A stretch of 64,000 nt of DNA from Atractiella rhizophila (Eukaryota), in NCBI GenBank assembly GCA_021432655.1, contig MU271337.1, positions 1 to 64,000 on the forward strand, read 5' to 3'. Positions 39,801 to 51,050 of this stretch are shown here, piece by piece. Numbering within the stretch: position 1 is the first letter of the stretch; each line of letters starts with the position of its first letter. Under the pieces are notes generated by a model. The model had not been told where the DNA came from. It ran no database searches and saw only the letters and a list, made by a program, of their open reading frames with translations. The position numbers and the translations under genes were made by a program.

Positions 39801-41199
39801 GGTGCAGCAATAGATGCCCTCCGGACTTCTTCAGAGATATGAGCGGTAGCGTCGTAATCCGTCATAGTCCACCTGGGCGAAATATGTCAGATTTTGAAGG
39901 AACAGCCAAAAACCACACGCACTGGACAGAGAGAAGACCGAATAGGAAAGCTAGGCCATCGGAAGACCATCCGGAGTCGTTGATTGTGTGAGTAAAGACA
40001 TACTCGCCGCTGTGCTTGGGAACTCGACTGGAAGCTCCAAGAGCAATGATGATGGCGAAGGTCGTGCCTGATAAGAGGGAATTCAACGTTGAATCAATAA
40101 TCAAACGCTATGGTGACCTACCTAAGTTGATGAAAACAAAAAACTTGGTGAGACCAGCGAGGGCTTTGGTTGTCAACGACTGTAAACCCTGAATGAGCCG
40201 AAGTCATGGAAGAAGTCGCAACCCTACATTGATTAACCCGTGGAGGACGAGAAGCGCGACATAGAGGCCAACGATCTTGCCTGAAGTGACTTCGTAATTT
40301 CCGTCCTAATTTATTCTTCATCAGCCCACCCCTCACTTTGAAGAGGAGAAAGGTAGCGACGGACATTGTAAATCACAATAGCTGCCCAGATCATACGACT
40401 CAATCCAAATTCGGTAGATGCGACTCCAGCAACTTGACCAAGGAGGTTCAGCCATCCTGCAGGCCGGTGGTAAACAACAATCGTCCGAAGGGACAAATGA
40501 TAGCGCACCAACAAGCCAGCCCACAGGCGCCCTGTATCTCTTAGGCACAACGTAGGCTGAAGCGGAATAGAGCCCTCCTGACGTAGGATATGCCGACACC
40601 AGCCTGATATATGTGACCACGTGAGGAGTGACACGAAAGACAGGATGCAACGCACTCGGCTATCGACGTTCCAAGTGTGAAACAGAAGCAGGCTCCAATG
40701 AACCAACACCTTCAAACCAAAGGCGGATGAGCATCAAAATTAGGTTGAAAAAGGGCAAACTTACCAAACCACCGAAGCGGGACCTCCACCTTCACTCGTG
40801 ATGAGGATGAGAAAGACATCACAGTAGGATATCTCACGTACCGTAGAGCATTGGAGTATCAAACGTTGTCGTGATCTTTACAAAGGCGTTAGTTTCTGCT
40901 CCACAGAAAGAGAAGAGCGTACTGATGAGCAAAGTCCCATGATGGAGAAAGCAAATGAGATGGTGGAGAGATTGGAGAATTCTCTGGCGAACTCAGCCTT
41001 GTATCCCAATTCTGGGCAAAGGCTCAGAATGAGCACACGGGAGAATTAGTAAATGGCGTACTGGCCAGTTGCTCATCATCAGAGTCGTGTGCCCCTTTCA
41101 CTTCCCTCACGACCTGAGACGACGAGTCTGAACCGAGGTTGATTGCGTCAGAAAGGTCAAGTGTGATTGGTTAGGATACAAACCACTCTTGTTATCCAT
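36897..41199 (-). CDS. APC-superfamily amino acid/choline transporter-family permease (GABA/polyamine Uga4/Tpo5-like), many introns, carrying a 1.86-kb internal duplication
   Basis: Spliced start MDNKSDSSSQ..DDEQLAKLGYKAEFAREFSNLSTISFAFSIMG; LVSAYPTSGGLY; GWLNLLGQVAGVAS; DYDATAHISEE; SRSFFAFSRDQGLP; PGPFNLG; FNYAAP; AHKFYKGP. Confidence 0.9.
37010..40730. repeat. Direct tandem duplication: unit 1 37010-38868, unit 2 38869-40730, ~99% identical
   Basis: Identical ORFs recur at offset 1859 (1862 after a 3-nt indel near 40618). About a dozen substitutions counted by eye. Confidence 0.97.
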
Positions 41200-41210
41200 T
41201 TCTAGCTGCT

Positions 41211-41350
41211 TTACCGGTATGGTATAGCCCACCTAATTTCGAACTGAGGAGGCGGGAGAGGGAGAGAGGCAAAAAAATCGTCGTCTGCCTGAAAAGAAGG
41301 GAATCGGATTCCGCGGGGTTGCGCCGATAAGGATGTACGTTCTTGCACAT
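41211..41350 (-). CDS. Candidate spliced uORF in the permease leader: MCKNADDDFFASLPLPPPQFEIRWAIPYR* (intron 41289-41338)
   Basis: ATG at 41350; 50-nt GTACAT..CTTTTCAG intron; TAA at 41211-41213, 11 nt before the permease ATG at 41199. Confidence 0.5.
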
Positions 41351-42092
41351 GAACCTGCGTGAGCCAAGAATGGCCCAATTCATCACATTTCAAACCGCAA
41401 ATGTAGCATATATCCTGCTCAATGAGGAGTACCGCCTGGGTCTCAAAAACGTCGAGGGCCATTGAACAACCTGACCTGCTGACGACAACATGAGGAAGAG
41501 CCAGTATCAAACATTTCAACCTGATTTCATTTCTTGCATGGTGGAGGCCACAATAGAAGGGCCTCAAGGTCGTGGCGCTCAGCACCAGAAGATGCAGCGC
41601 GCCGAAAAAGTGTCTTTCAATTGACGGCGTGGTCTCTTCGAGAAATCAAAGCAAAAACACATGGGCAGAAGTTTGCATTTGTTCAGGAAGCACAGTACCT
41701 TGTGCCTTTCTCAGGAAAGCATGCGCGAAGACAGCAGGATTTGCTTGTCCTGTCCTGCACTTTCACCAATGCACCATTCTTCTGTCGAGAGCCGAGAAAA
41801 AGGGAAGACGAACAGGTGAGAGGGTCTCTAACCTCACTCTGGCTCATGCGATAGAGCCCGTCCCTTGAGCCCACCGCCTTTTCTTCCTCAACTAGTGCAG
41901 AAACAATTTGAGGTCTAAGAGAGACTGTGCACTGAGCAGCGTTTAGTGAACATTTCAGGCTTGAGTAAAGGGATGGATGAGTATGGACGATGGAATCGCG
42001 TGTTTCTCGAATAATATAATTGCACTAAATCCAAGAAACTCTGGGATTGAAAAAGCAGTAGAGACAAATACGTGCAGGTGATGAAGCGAGTT

Positions 42093-43013
42093 TTACTCGT
42101 TGGACCCACACTCTTTCCGATGTTGAGGCCAATCTTCTCTCTAAGCCGAGGGTTAATAACGCAGCCAATTCCGAGTTGTAGAGAGAGGATACCTGATGTT
42201 CCTTTCTTGACCCAAATGGTCAGCCTATATATGACGACGAAAGAGAAACGCACGAGCAATATGGCGCAACCTTACATTTCCCACACCTCATGGTGGAAAG
42301 TTCGGAACACACCCTGCAGTTATTTGTGCCGTCTGTATCCTGGGAAGCAGGGGATGGATTCTCGGGTACCGGACCAACATTTAGAGATGCTCCAGACCCT
42401 GGTGAAGATTTGAATTCTGCTTTATTGACTTTCAGTTCCCTGTGTGTCAAGGAGTGCAAGCGAAATATGGTGACCAATTGTGGTATTAATACGTGAGCGC
42501 GAGAAGACGAACCTCATGATGTCCATGTGGCCGCGACGGATTGCTTGATCGCATGTGCCCCCTGTCTGACAAAGTGGAAAAGCCAGATCAAGAACCTTGT
42601 CAATGTTTAGAAAGAATATGCTGAGCGGAGTATGAATGGCGTACTCGAGGTTGAGCAAGATACAGATAGCCTAGTCATTCCTTCAGTATTACGGACGCTA
42701 AGACAAGAAAAGACGAGCTCATTGGATTGTGAATCATTCGTTGAGCAGGCTGCGAGCATTCTGCACATTCCCACTTTCTACTCTAGCAATTCGAATCAGT
42801 ACTAAGTCTTCCTAATTCTGAGAACGTAAGGATGGTACCAACATCAAAAATCTCTTTTTGGTGTAAACTGACTAAACGCGCGAGATATGCACCTTGCATT
42901 TCTGGCGTCAGGGCGGTGGTAGGTGTTGGAGCTTTTAAGGGTTCTTCCTCGTAGATGAAAGGCACAAAGCCATCTGGTGCAGACACCTTGACCTCATAAA
43001 CCACTTTTGACAT
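42093..43013 (-). CDS. MYND-type zinc finger protein, multi-exon
   Basis: Splices to CRVC..TMRCGKCKVAPYCSKEHQREDWPQHRKEC using a 13-nt exon (42193-42205). N-terminal region has WECAEC and PLC..GGTC. Confidence 0.82.
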
Positions 43014-43472
43014 CTTGTGTCTGAAATTTTGTTTGTCTGAAAGCGGTTCGGAAACAAACTAAACGAAATGACACAACAGAAACACTAAAAGGACTTCCTT
43101 TCCTGGAAGTCCCAGAACAGCTGAGCTTCGGTTTCCCATTGTTGCTACAACTCCCAAGCTGCTACCGAGCTGCCAACGCAGTGGGAGGTTGGCAGATAGA
43201 GGCAGCATGCTCGTATGTACTTCACCTGGCTATTACAACAAACTACGTCCATTGGACTTGCACTCCTTGTCGTATTTTCAAAGACTGCATTTCAAAGACT
43301 GCATGCACGACTATGGAAACGGAAAGCTTCCCCTAACGAGATATTCATCAAAGATGGGGGTTCATCTGTTCGTCTCAGGAAGGATTGCTGGTTTGGTGCT
43401 TTATTATCGCGGAAAAATCTGGACGATTCTAACTTGTGCTTAACAAGCTCCAGAAGCTTAGAATGGAGATCC

Positions 43473-44657
43473 AGGTTTGGGCAGGTACTGTAACTGTCTG
43501 GTTCAGAGAGGCGTGCGCACACCGCCTCCTTTCTTCACCTATAGATAGTCGTCTAATTCCTTTAGAATCCTTTTCGACACGGTTCATTCTTCCGTGCTTT
43601 TCTCAGTTCTCAGGTAATCTTGCGAGTGAAACAGGAGGCAACGTCCATTTCACCGCTGTCATTGCCTATCGGAGGATTGTTATGATGCCGGTACTTCATT
43701 GATGGATCATTGATATGTTTGGCATTTCTAACAACGCGGGAAAACGAGTGGAAGCAACCTGGGATTAAGATGTGCAGAGTTTGCTGAAAGACTTGAAGCT
43801 CCCAACTCCGAAAAAGTCAATCTTGGGCTCAACGAGGAAGCTGAAGTCTAGCCCTATCCTTTTGGGGTTTAAGATGTGGATTCGCCAGAAATCAGGCAAT
43901 ACGAGCTCAGGTGGGCGGTCGAGTTTTTGTTGAAGACTGAGGGTGGCGAAAGGCCCTGGACCTTTTCAAATCCTTGGTTTGGGGTGTTGTAAATCGACGG
44001 GCTGAGGAGCGGAGCTAAGTACGACTTGGTTACGTTTGGCTGAGCTCTTGCAAACGCATGAGCACCAGGAAATGGAATTCTATGTGTTTATATAGCTTAC
44101 AGCAGTGGCAACTAGAAAATAGTAGAACATTCCAGAAAACTAAAGAAAAAAGGTTTGGGCAGGTACTGTAACTGTCTGGTTCAGAGAGGCGTGCGCACAC
44201 CACCTCCTTTCTTCACCTATAGATAGTCGTCTAATTCCTTTAGAATCCTTTTCGACACGGTTCATTCTTCCGTGGTTTTCTCACTTCTCAGGTAATCTTG
44301 CGAGCCTTGAAATAGGAGGCAACGTCCATTTCACCGCTGTCATTGCCTATTGGAGGATTGTTATGCCTTTGCTCTATTGATTTATTTGACATTTCTAACA
44401 ACGCAGGTAAACGAGTGGAAGCCCAGGATTAAGATGTGCAGAGTTTGCTGAAAGACTTGAAGCTTCCAATCCGAAAAAGTCAATCTTGTGCTTGTGGGGC
44501 TCAACGAGGAAGCTGAACTCCAGTCCTATCCTTTTAGGGTCTAAGATGAGGATTCGCCAGAAATCAGGCAATAGGAGCTCAGGTGGGCGGTCGAGTATTT
44601 GTTGAAGATTAACCGTGGCGAAAGGCCGTGGACCTTTTTCAAGTCCTTGGTTTGGGG
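43473..44657 (-). pseudogene. Two direct copies (43473-43984, 44151-44657) of a decayed gene fragment, possibly of the F-box/LRR-like family
   Basis: Shared ~500-nt sequence at offset ~678. Minus-strand differences are enriched at third codon positions, with a 9-nt in-frame indel; stops and frameshifts elsewhere. Confidence 0.6.
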
Positions 44658-44680
44658 GTCCCATAGAAACTTTGATTTAC

Positions 44681-46017
44681 TCATTTACCTTGCTTTCTGT
44701 TCTTCTTCCCATCAAGATTGGAATCGTGAATGAAACCACCAAGAAGCAATGTATCCCTCGCAGCCTGGAATCCCAATATTCGTGATAAAGATGGAATGTG
44801 AGAAATAGGCTTACTTGATTGATATGCTTAAATCGATCCGCACCTCTACTGTTCTTAAACCCTCATCCTCTCTGGATCGTAAGGAAGAAGGACGCACAGT
44901 AGAATTCCTCCAAACCACCGGCTGACGACCACGGCAACATTGTCCACCTCCTGATAGTATCGTCAACATTCCATCAGTGACCAGCACAACAATGAAGGTA
45001 GACAAACAAGAATCTGGAGAAGATGCGCAAGGCGACCTCCAGCTGCTGTTTCTCCATCCTCGTCGTTATCTACAAAATTCTCAATTCTCAACGATATAGA
45101 GCTGATAGGCCCGGATTCACCTTGATGCAGGACTCCATCCGGTGTCCGACACCTCCACGCAAGAATATTGTGCCTTGCCCTATGTTACAATATGCGTGAG
45201 AGAAGGGATGAGCTGCTCACGTTGCACGAGCAATTTTACGATCTTGAAGAAGGTACGCCAAAAATTCTGGAACCTGTTTCAAGCTGAACCTCGAAGTATA
45301 GCAAATTATAGTGATAGGACGTACTTCATCAGGACTTTTAAGTACCACACAATGTCCTATGAATGTAGACTTCCGATCCACAATCGGTTCGCTAACTACC
45401 ACCTTGAAGACTTTCGAAGGCGGTTTCGCCTCCCGAACGCGTTCCGGCACATCGACCACATCGTTCGCCTGCCACTTCTCCTCCTGGTCAGGAACAGTAT
45501 CGTCAACCCCTCTCTCAACCTTTCTAGCCCTCATCTCGTCCTCTCGCTCCGTATACCACTCAGCACATCGCTCCCGTACCCATTCCAGCCCGTCAAAGAG
45601 ACAAGCCTCGCCTTCCGTCCACCGTTGATCTTCGTGCATATAACATCGCAGGACCAAGCCAAATATCGACGGATCTGTAGCGTAGGACCCTATGTATTTG
45701 TTCAATAGCTGGAGAGAGGGTGCCCGGTCGTTTGGATAACTAGGCGGGAGGGAAATGAGGATTTGGAGCGGGACCGACTCGAAAGGGAAGGGGAGGGTGG
45801 TATAGAAAGTGACGCGCGTGTACTCTGAGCTAGATGAGGAAGTGACCTGATGAGGAGGCTTGTAGATAGAAAGTGCTTCATCCCCGAAAATGGAAAGAAG
45901 GGAGCTAAGCTCTTCGCGTGCTGAAGATGAGAGATTGAGTGATTCCAATTGTAAAGGCTCCTTGGCTTCTTCGGACTCATTGTCTTCGTCATGTAAATTC
46001 TTTTGGATTGAAGCCAT
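44681..46017 (-). CDS. YIH1: IMPACT/Yih1 (RWD domain + UPF0029 domain), Gcn1-binding translational regulator
   Basis: EELSSLLSIFG, LPPSYP (RWD); SEPIVDRKSTFIGH; KIARATHNILAWR; DNDEDGETAAGGRLAHLL; VVSRWFGGILLGADRFKHIN. Confidence 0.93.
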
Positions 46018-46239
46018 CTTGATAGTTGCTTTATCTTGCTTTGCCAGAGGATCAGTGTCTCCTCAGCAATGCGATGGTTTCCGTCCACCATGACCAAGGT
46101 TTTTTGACTTCTAGCTTAGTTTCGAAGTGTCTGCGAAAAACCAACCCGTGGCCTTGGCCGGTATAACTCAAGCTTTTGTTTGGTAAGGAAGTGGATTAAG
46201 TGCACAAAAGGGTGAAGGAACAAGATTGTTCTAGCAGAG

Positions 46240-46762
46240 ATGTCGAAAGCAGCCCAACAAGCGACAACGCAGATTGTTCGGTTCGTCTCTCTCCCCTGAG
46301 TACATCCCCTTCAATTCTGACCTTTAATGCAGAATTCTCATCAAAGCCGGTCAAGCGGCTCCTACCCCACCCGTTGGTCCAGCACTCGGAGCACGAGGAG
46401 TAAAGAGCATGGATTTCTGCAAGCTTTTTAATGCCCAAACAGCACACCTCAACCCTGGTACACCTACCCCGACAATCATCACCATTCAGCCCGACCGTTC
46501 CTTCACCTTCACCTTCCACACACCTCCCGTCACATGGTTTCTCAAACGAATATTGGGTGTCGATAAAGGTGCAAGTGAGGCTGCTGGACGGACGGAGTTC
46601 GGAAAGGGAAAGGAAACGATTGGAACTGTTAGCTTGAAGCACATATACGAGATTGCTAAGATCAAGCAGAGGGATGAACATCTCAAAAACGTCCATCTGA
46701 AAGATTTGGCAAAGAGCGTCATGGGGACATGTAGGAGCATGGGCATAAAGGTCGTTGCTTAA
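46240..46762 (+). CDS. MRPL19: Mitochondrial ribosomal protein uL11m, one intron
   Basis: VRILIKAGQAAPTPPVGPALGARGVKSMDFCKLFNA, DRSFTFTFHTPP, GTVSLKHIYEIAKIK, GTCRSMGIKVV. Confidence 0.95.
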
Positions 46763-48608
46763 TTCGTATGTCTTTCCCCTTCCATCCCACGAAAGCAGCC
46801 TCATTTTGTTACAGGTTTCATAACTTCAGGCTTAATCCTATACCTCCACTGTAATGTCATTTTGTCATGACGCCTCGTAAATCTTTCCAGCGCTGCTCCT
46901 CTCCCAATTCCTCCGTTGGATTCTTTCAAGCATGGCGGCATACATGATGGTGAGATATATCAGTGGTCAGTGAGATACATTGTCTATTTCGTGCTTTTGC
47001 TGACGTCGACATTAGGCCCCGGGATGGAATGATATTTGTCGCTTCTCTTAGCTTGCTCCCGTTTCAAAGGCGAGACTCCGAGTTATCTATTGCTTGTGCG
47101 ACAGAGAGATCATGGCCACACCAAGAACTGACGTCTGTTGATGGCAACTTGCAATCCTGCGCCAACTCAGACGCTGCATAGGATATGTCGCTTCATCCAC
47201 GTTGATATGCCAGTTCTTTCTTTCATACACAGAGGAAATCACGACAGTGGAAGTGGACGGCCTATCAGGGATAGAGTAACCTGCAATTACCGACGTCGGT
47301 GGATGTAAAGGATGATGCCATTGAACAGCTTCATTCAAGTTTATTTAGTCACGTAGCCTCAATTTCTTACATTAATCTTCAGGAGTTTCGCGCCAATGCA
47401 GCGCAGGACACAGAAATGGATCTATCGAAGCTTTTATACAATTCATCCTATCCCGTCGTGACATGTACTTTTCCTTCCTAAAGAAGCAGGAAGGACGATC
47501 CGGAATAAGGAGCAGGCAAGAATTGAAAAGAGGCGATATCTCAAATAATTACACTGAAAACTGAAGACTGGGAATCGCAGAGTCTCGACTTTAATACATC
47601 TGAAAATCAATCATTGATCACTATCATATGGGAGAAGAAGAGGTGGTGGGAGCCGAGCAGCAGTCAACAGGTTACAAGGATTTTCGATTCGTGATTCCAA
47701 GCCAGATCGGTCTTTCGAGGAACGAGAAAGGTCTTCGTGTAGTAGAAAGAAGGGAACATTTAAGACACAGCTTGAAAGAAGGAATCATGTAAAGTAAGGC
47801 GTTAAATAAAAAGCGAATATGTCACCATTGAATGAAGCCATCAAGGGCTGAGACAACAGGAGTCGCAAATAAAAGACTTTGTAAATGCCGTGAGCTAAAA
47901 ATCAAACGAGGCAATGTATGTCGAGTAATTGCAGATGTCGACTTGGGAGCCTTCATCCGACCTTGAAGTGGAAGGGGTACGACGCAAAATTTTGCGAAAG
48001 ACATATTGCAGGGGAGGTCGGAGGAGAAGGGAATATGAGCGCAACAAATCAACACTGTTTGAGATGCAAGACTCGAGAAAGGTGAATGGCGGAAAAGCAC
48101 ATAGCAGAATATAGACATGAGAAAGTAAATCAGAAAAGCAGATATTTAGTATTCCAAAGAAGTTGAACTCGACTGAGATTAAACAAGGGACGATCAGAAT
48201 ATCGACCACGTTGGAAGACAAGGCTAACAGAAAGTGAAGATAGCGGAAGAAAGGCAACGACGTGTCAAAAGGAACACCAAGAGCGAGTGCAGCAACAAAG
48301 AGAAGCGTGACTAGGAATGTTGGTTTGTCGTAAAGTAAAGAGGAGTGCAGTACTGTCCCAGGGCTGGTACGATTTCGAAGGGAGTCAATTCGGAATGATC
48401 GATCTGGAGTTCAGTTGAAGTACAACGAGGGTAGATTGAGGAGATTGCCATAACGGAAAAGAGGACAGAAGACGTCAGGGTGTGGTCTGGCCAGACAGGA
48501 GGTGAATAAGATTATTGAGCCGGGGTAATCGTGATGGAATGACGTTGAACCGATGATGGTACCGATTACTGAGAATATGAATCGTGATGCGAATGTGAAG
48601 TTTCTCCA

Positions 48609-50900
48609 TCATACCTCCTTAGATCCCCCACTCCCTGTCAGGTCTGGAAACACGAAACCCTGCCTTTCCACCTTTGGAGTGATCCCTCCGTCATAACTCC
48701 CGTTGCTACTACTGCTCGACGTTGAACCGTTATGCTTCATGATTGGTCCCCTCGAACTCATCGTTCCTGCATGGCTCTTCATTCTCCTCAAGCCAGGATT
48801 CTCGTCCTCTTGGGCCTTGGTAGGCGTAGCCCCAGGCGAGATAAAACCTTGTCGCTTCTCATCCGGTTTCGACATTTCCATAGCACCATGGATAGACGAT
48901 GACGAAGCATTGAAGGGTAACGTCAGCTTCCTGAACAAACCCGCAGCTCCCCGTCTCTCCGCAGCTGGTGGTGAGTTGTTGACACCTTTTTTCTGAATTT
49001 CCACTGGAGACGGAGGTGCGTCGAGAATCGCTGAGGAAGTCGTTGAAACATCAGAGATTGACGATGCGATGCTCGAAAAAGAATCGTGTCTCATTCCCAA
49101 ACCAGGAGGTAACGGCTCCGTTGACGAAACCGACGAGAAAGAATCGCTTCTCAATCCGAAACCAGCAGGCGGAAGAGGAGATGCAACGGTAGCAAAAGAA
49201 TCTGATCGAGGACTCGGAATGTTTGACGTAGTGGGGCTAGGAGGAACGAGAAGATTGGAGATAGCTTTCCGCCTGTCTAATTCAGCCGGGAAAGAATCCG
49301 CTTCTGTCAATGCGCTGATGCTAGCCTGCCTGGGCGGTCCACTGATACTCTTCGATCGTTTAGGGTCACCTCCTGCCACACTCCAACCAGTCATACCTGC
49401 CGCACTGCTGGTTCGAACCGGAGGGCAGACCGTCTCCTTCGTTCCCACCGTCACTTCCAGTTTACCACACCCATCATCAAACTTCGCCGAAACAGTTCTC
49501 TCAACCGCTGGATCTTTCGAGTTCTTCTTCTTAGTTGCACAGAGCTGAATCATCCTCTCGAAATGCCCACCACCTTCTCCATAGCGGTCAGCGATGATGT
49601 GGACCGCTCGATTGCGTTTCATAGCAACAGTGATATCGGGGAAGGAGAAACCGGGGAGGTGGACGGTGATCAGGTACGACTTGTGGGGAGGGGGAGGCAG
49701 CATAGGATTATTCGATCGTAGAATTTTAACGTTCATCCAGCACGACGGAGGTGCTGGTGTGTGGGACAAAACTGCGGAAAAAATCGTCAGCATCGGCCGG
49801 GGCACAAAAGGTTAACCTTCACCTCCTCTGCCACCAGCGTAAGAGTCTTCCTTCTTCAAAACCTTCCAATCCTCTTCATCGTTTTCATCAACGACAGTCC
49901 ACCTTGCCTCATCACTCAGAGCCATGGAGCTGGTCCCGGAAGTCACGCTGCCGGCGACGCTCTCCTCGTACTCATCCTGTTTCGCGCTGGAAGATGATCT
50001 GTGTGAAAGACTTGACTGGGTGGCCCAACTCGTAACTCTAGACGTTTCTGACTGGAAAGAAGATCCGCTAGACGACCATCGTCCCTCGATGCTGCTTGTT
50101 CCTGACGAGCGATTGGAGGTTGCGTTCGAAAAGCTTGAGTCTCTCGAATCGCGAGAGGAATAGTGAAATCTTTTGTTCGGGTGTTGGAACGGCGGTCTTG
50201 ATGAAAGGAAAGTAGGAGAGAGGGGAGGATGTGCAACAATGCCCGTAGTCTCGGCGGAAGGAAATGTGTCGTTCGATGGAACATCGGTTGATATATTGGG
50301 AGGCCTCATCGCACCAGTGCTCGTAGACGCTCTGGCAGGTTCCGAAGATGATACTGTGCCCAATGATCTCAGCGTTGGGGTAGACGATCCAGCAAAGACC
50401 GAACAATTACCGTTGCTGGAATGAGTGAACGAGTCGGAGGATGTCGCCTCAGACGCCGTAGGTGCTGTAGGAGAGCGGATCATACTCGGTTCTGAGAGAG
50501 GGTAGATCGCTGGTACTGGTGCGAATGTAGTAGCAGAGGAGAGAACAACTGTTGACATTGGTTTCGACACCTTGATATTCGTTGGCTGGACCACCTCTGC
50601 CTTCGACGAGGATACTTGGCCAATTCCGAGACCCTTCATGACTCTATCCTTGCCTGAGCCTTGTGATATCGAAAGCGATGAACCACTGCTGTGACTCGAA
50701 AAGCTAACTCTCTGAGAGTTATTAAAACTACTGTGCGAGCGTAGGTCGTCCGATGAAGAACTTGATCCGGACGAGGAAGAGACGAAGGAGGAAGACGATG
50801 AGTTCAAGGAGGCGGGTGAGGCGGTGGGACTCGGTACTTGAAGACTTGAGGGAGACGAGGACGCATTGGCGTACATCATTGGGTGTCTTGATGGTGGCAT
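48609..50900 (-). CDS. Ser-rich, largely disordered protein with a central HSP20/alpha-crystallin-like domain; intron ~49772-49822
   Basis: Two long ORFs are joined by a GT..GCTGAC..CGCAG intron. YLITVHLPGFS..ITVA..VHIIAD..GHFERMI..VSAKFDDG..LEVTV resembles the alpha-crystallin beta-strand pattern. Confidence 0.75.
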
Positions 50901-50923
50901 GGTGAGAGCGGAGTTTAGAGTAT

Positions 50924-51050
50924 CTGAGACACGACGGGATGGTCCATCAGTCCCGCTCTATCAACAATCTCGAGGAAGAAGCATAGAGGCTCTCCTCTCT
51001 CAGACCTCTTCCTCCAGCCCAAAATGAATTTAAAATCGGACAGGACTTAC
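50924..51050 (-). promoter_or_regulatory. 5'-UTR intron of the HSP20-domain gene; TATAAAA-like box at ~51188-51197
   Basis: GTAAGT donor at 51050, CTGAT branch motif and TCTCAG acceptor 23 nt before the ATG. Confidence 0.55.

Noticed and set aside
41200..41450. TPP riboswitch in the permease leader
   Set aside because: No CUGAGA / ACCUGAU aptamer core in the right order on the sense (minus) strand.
46860..47450. Possible small minus-strand gene with a TATAAAA box near 47435
   Set aside because: No splice path gave a convincing ORF or recognisable domain; may be non-coding or UTR.
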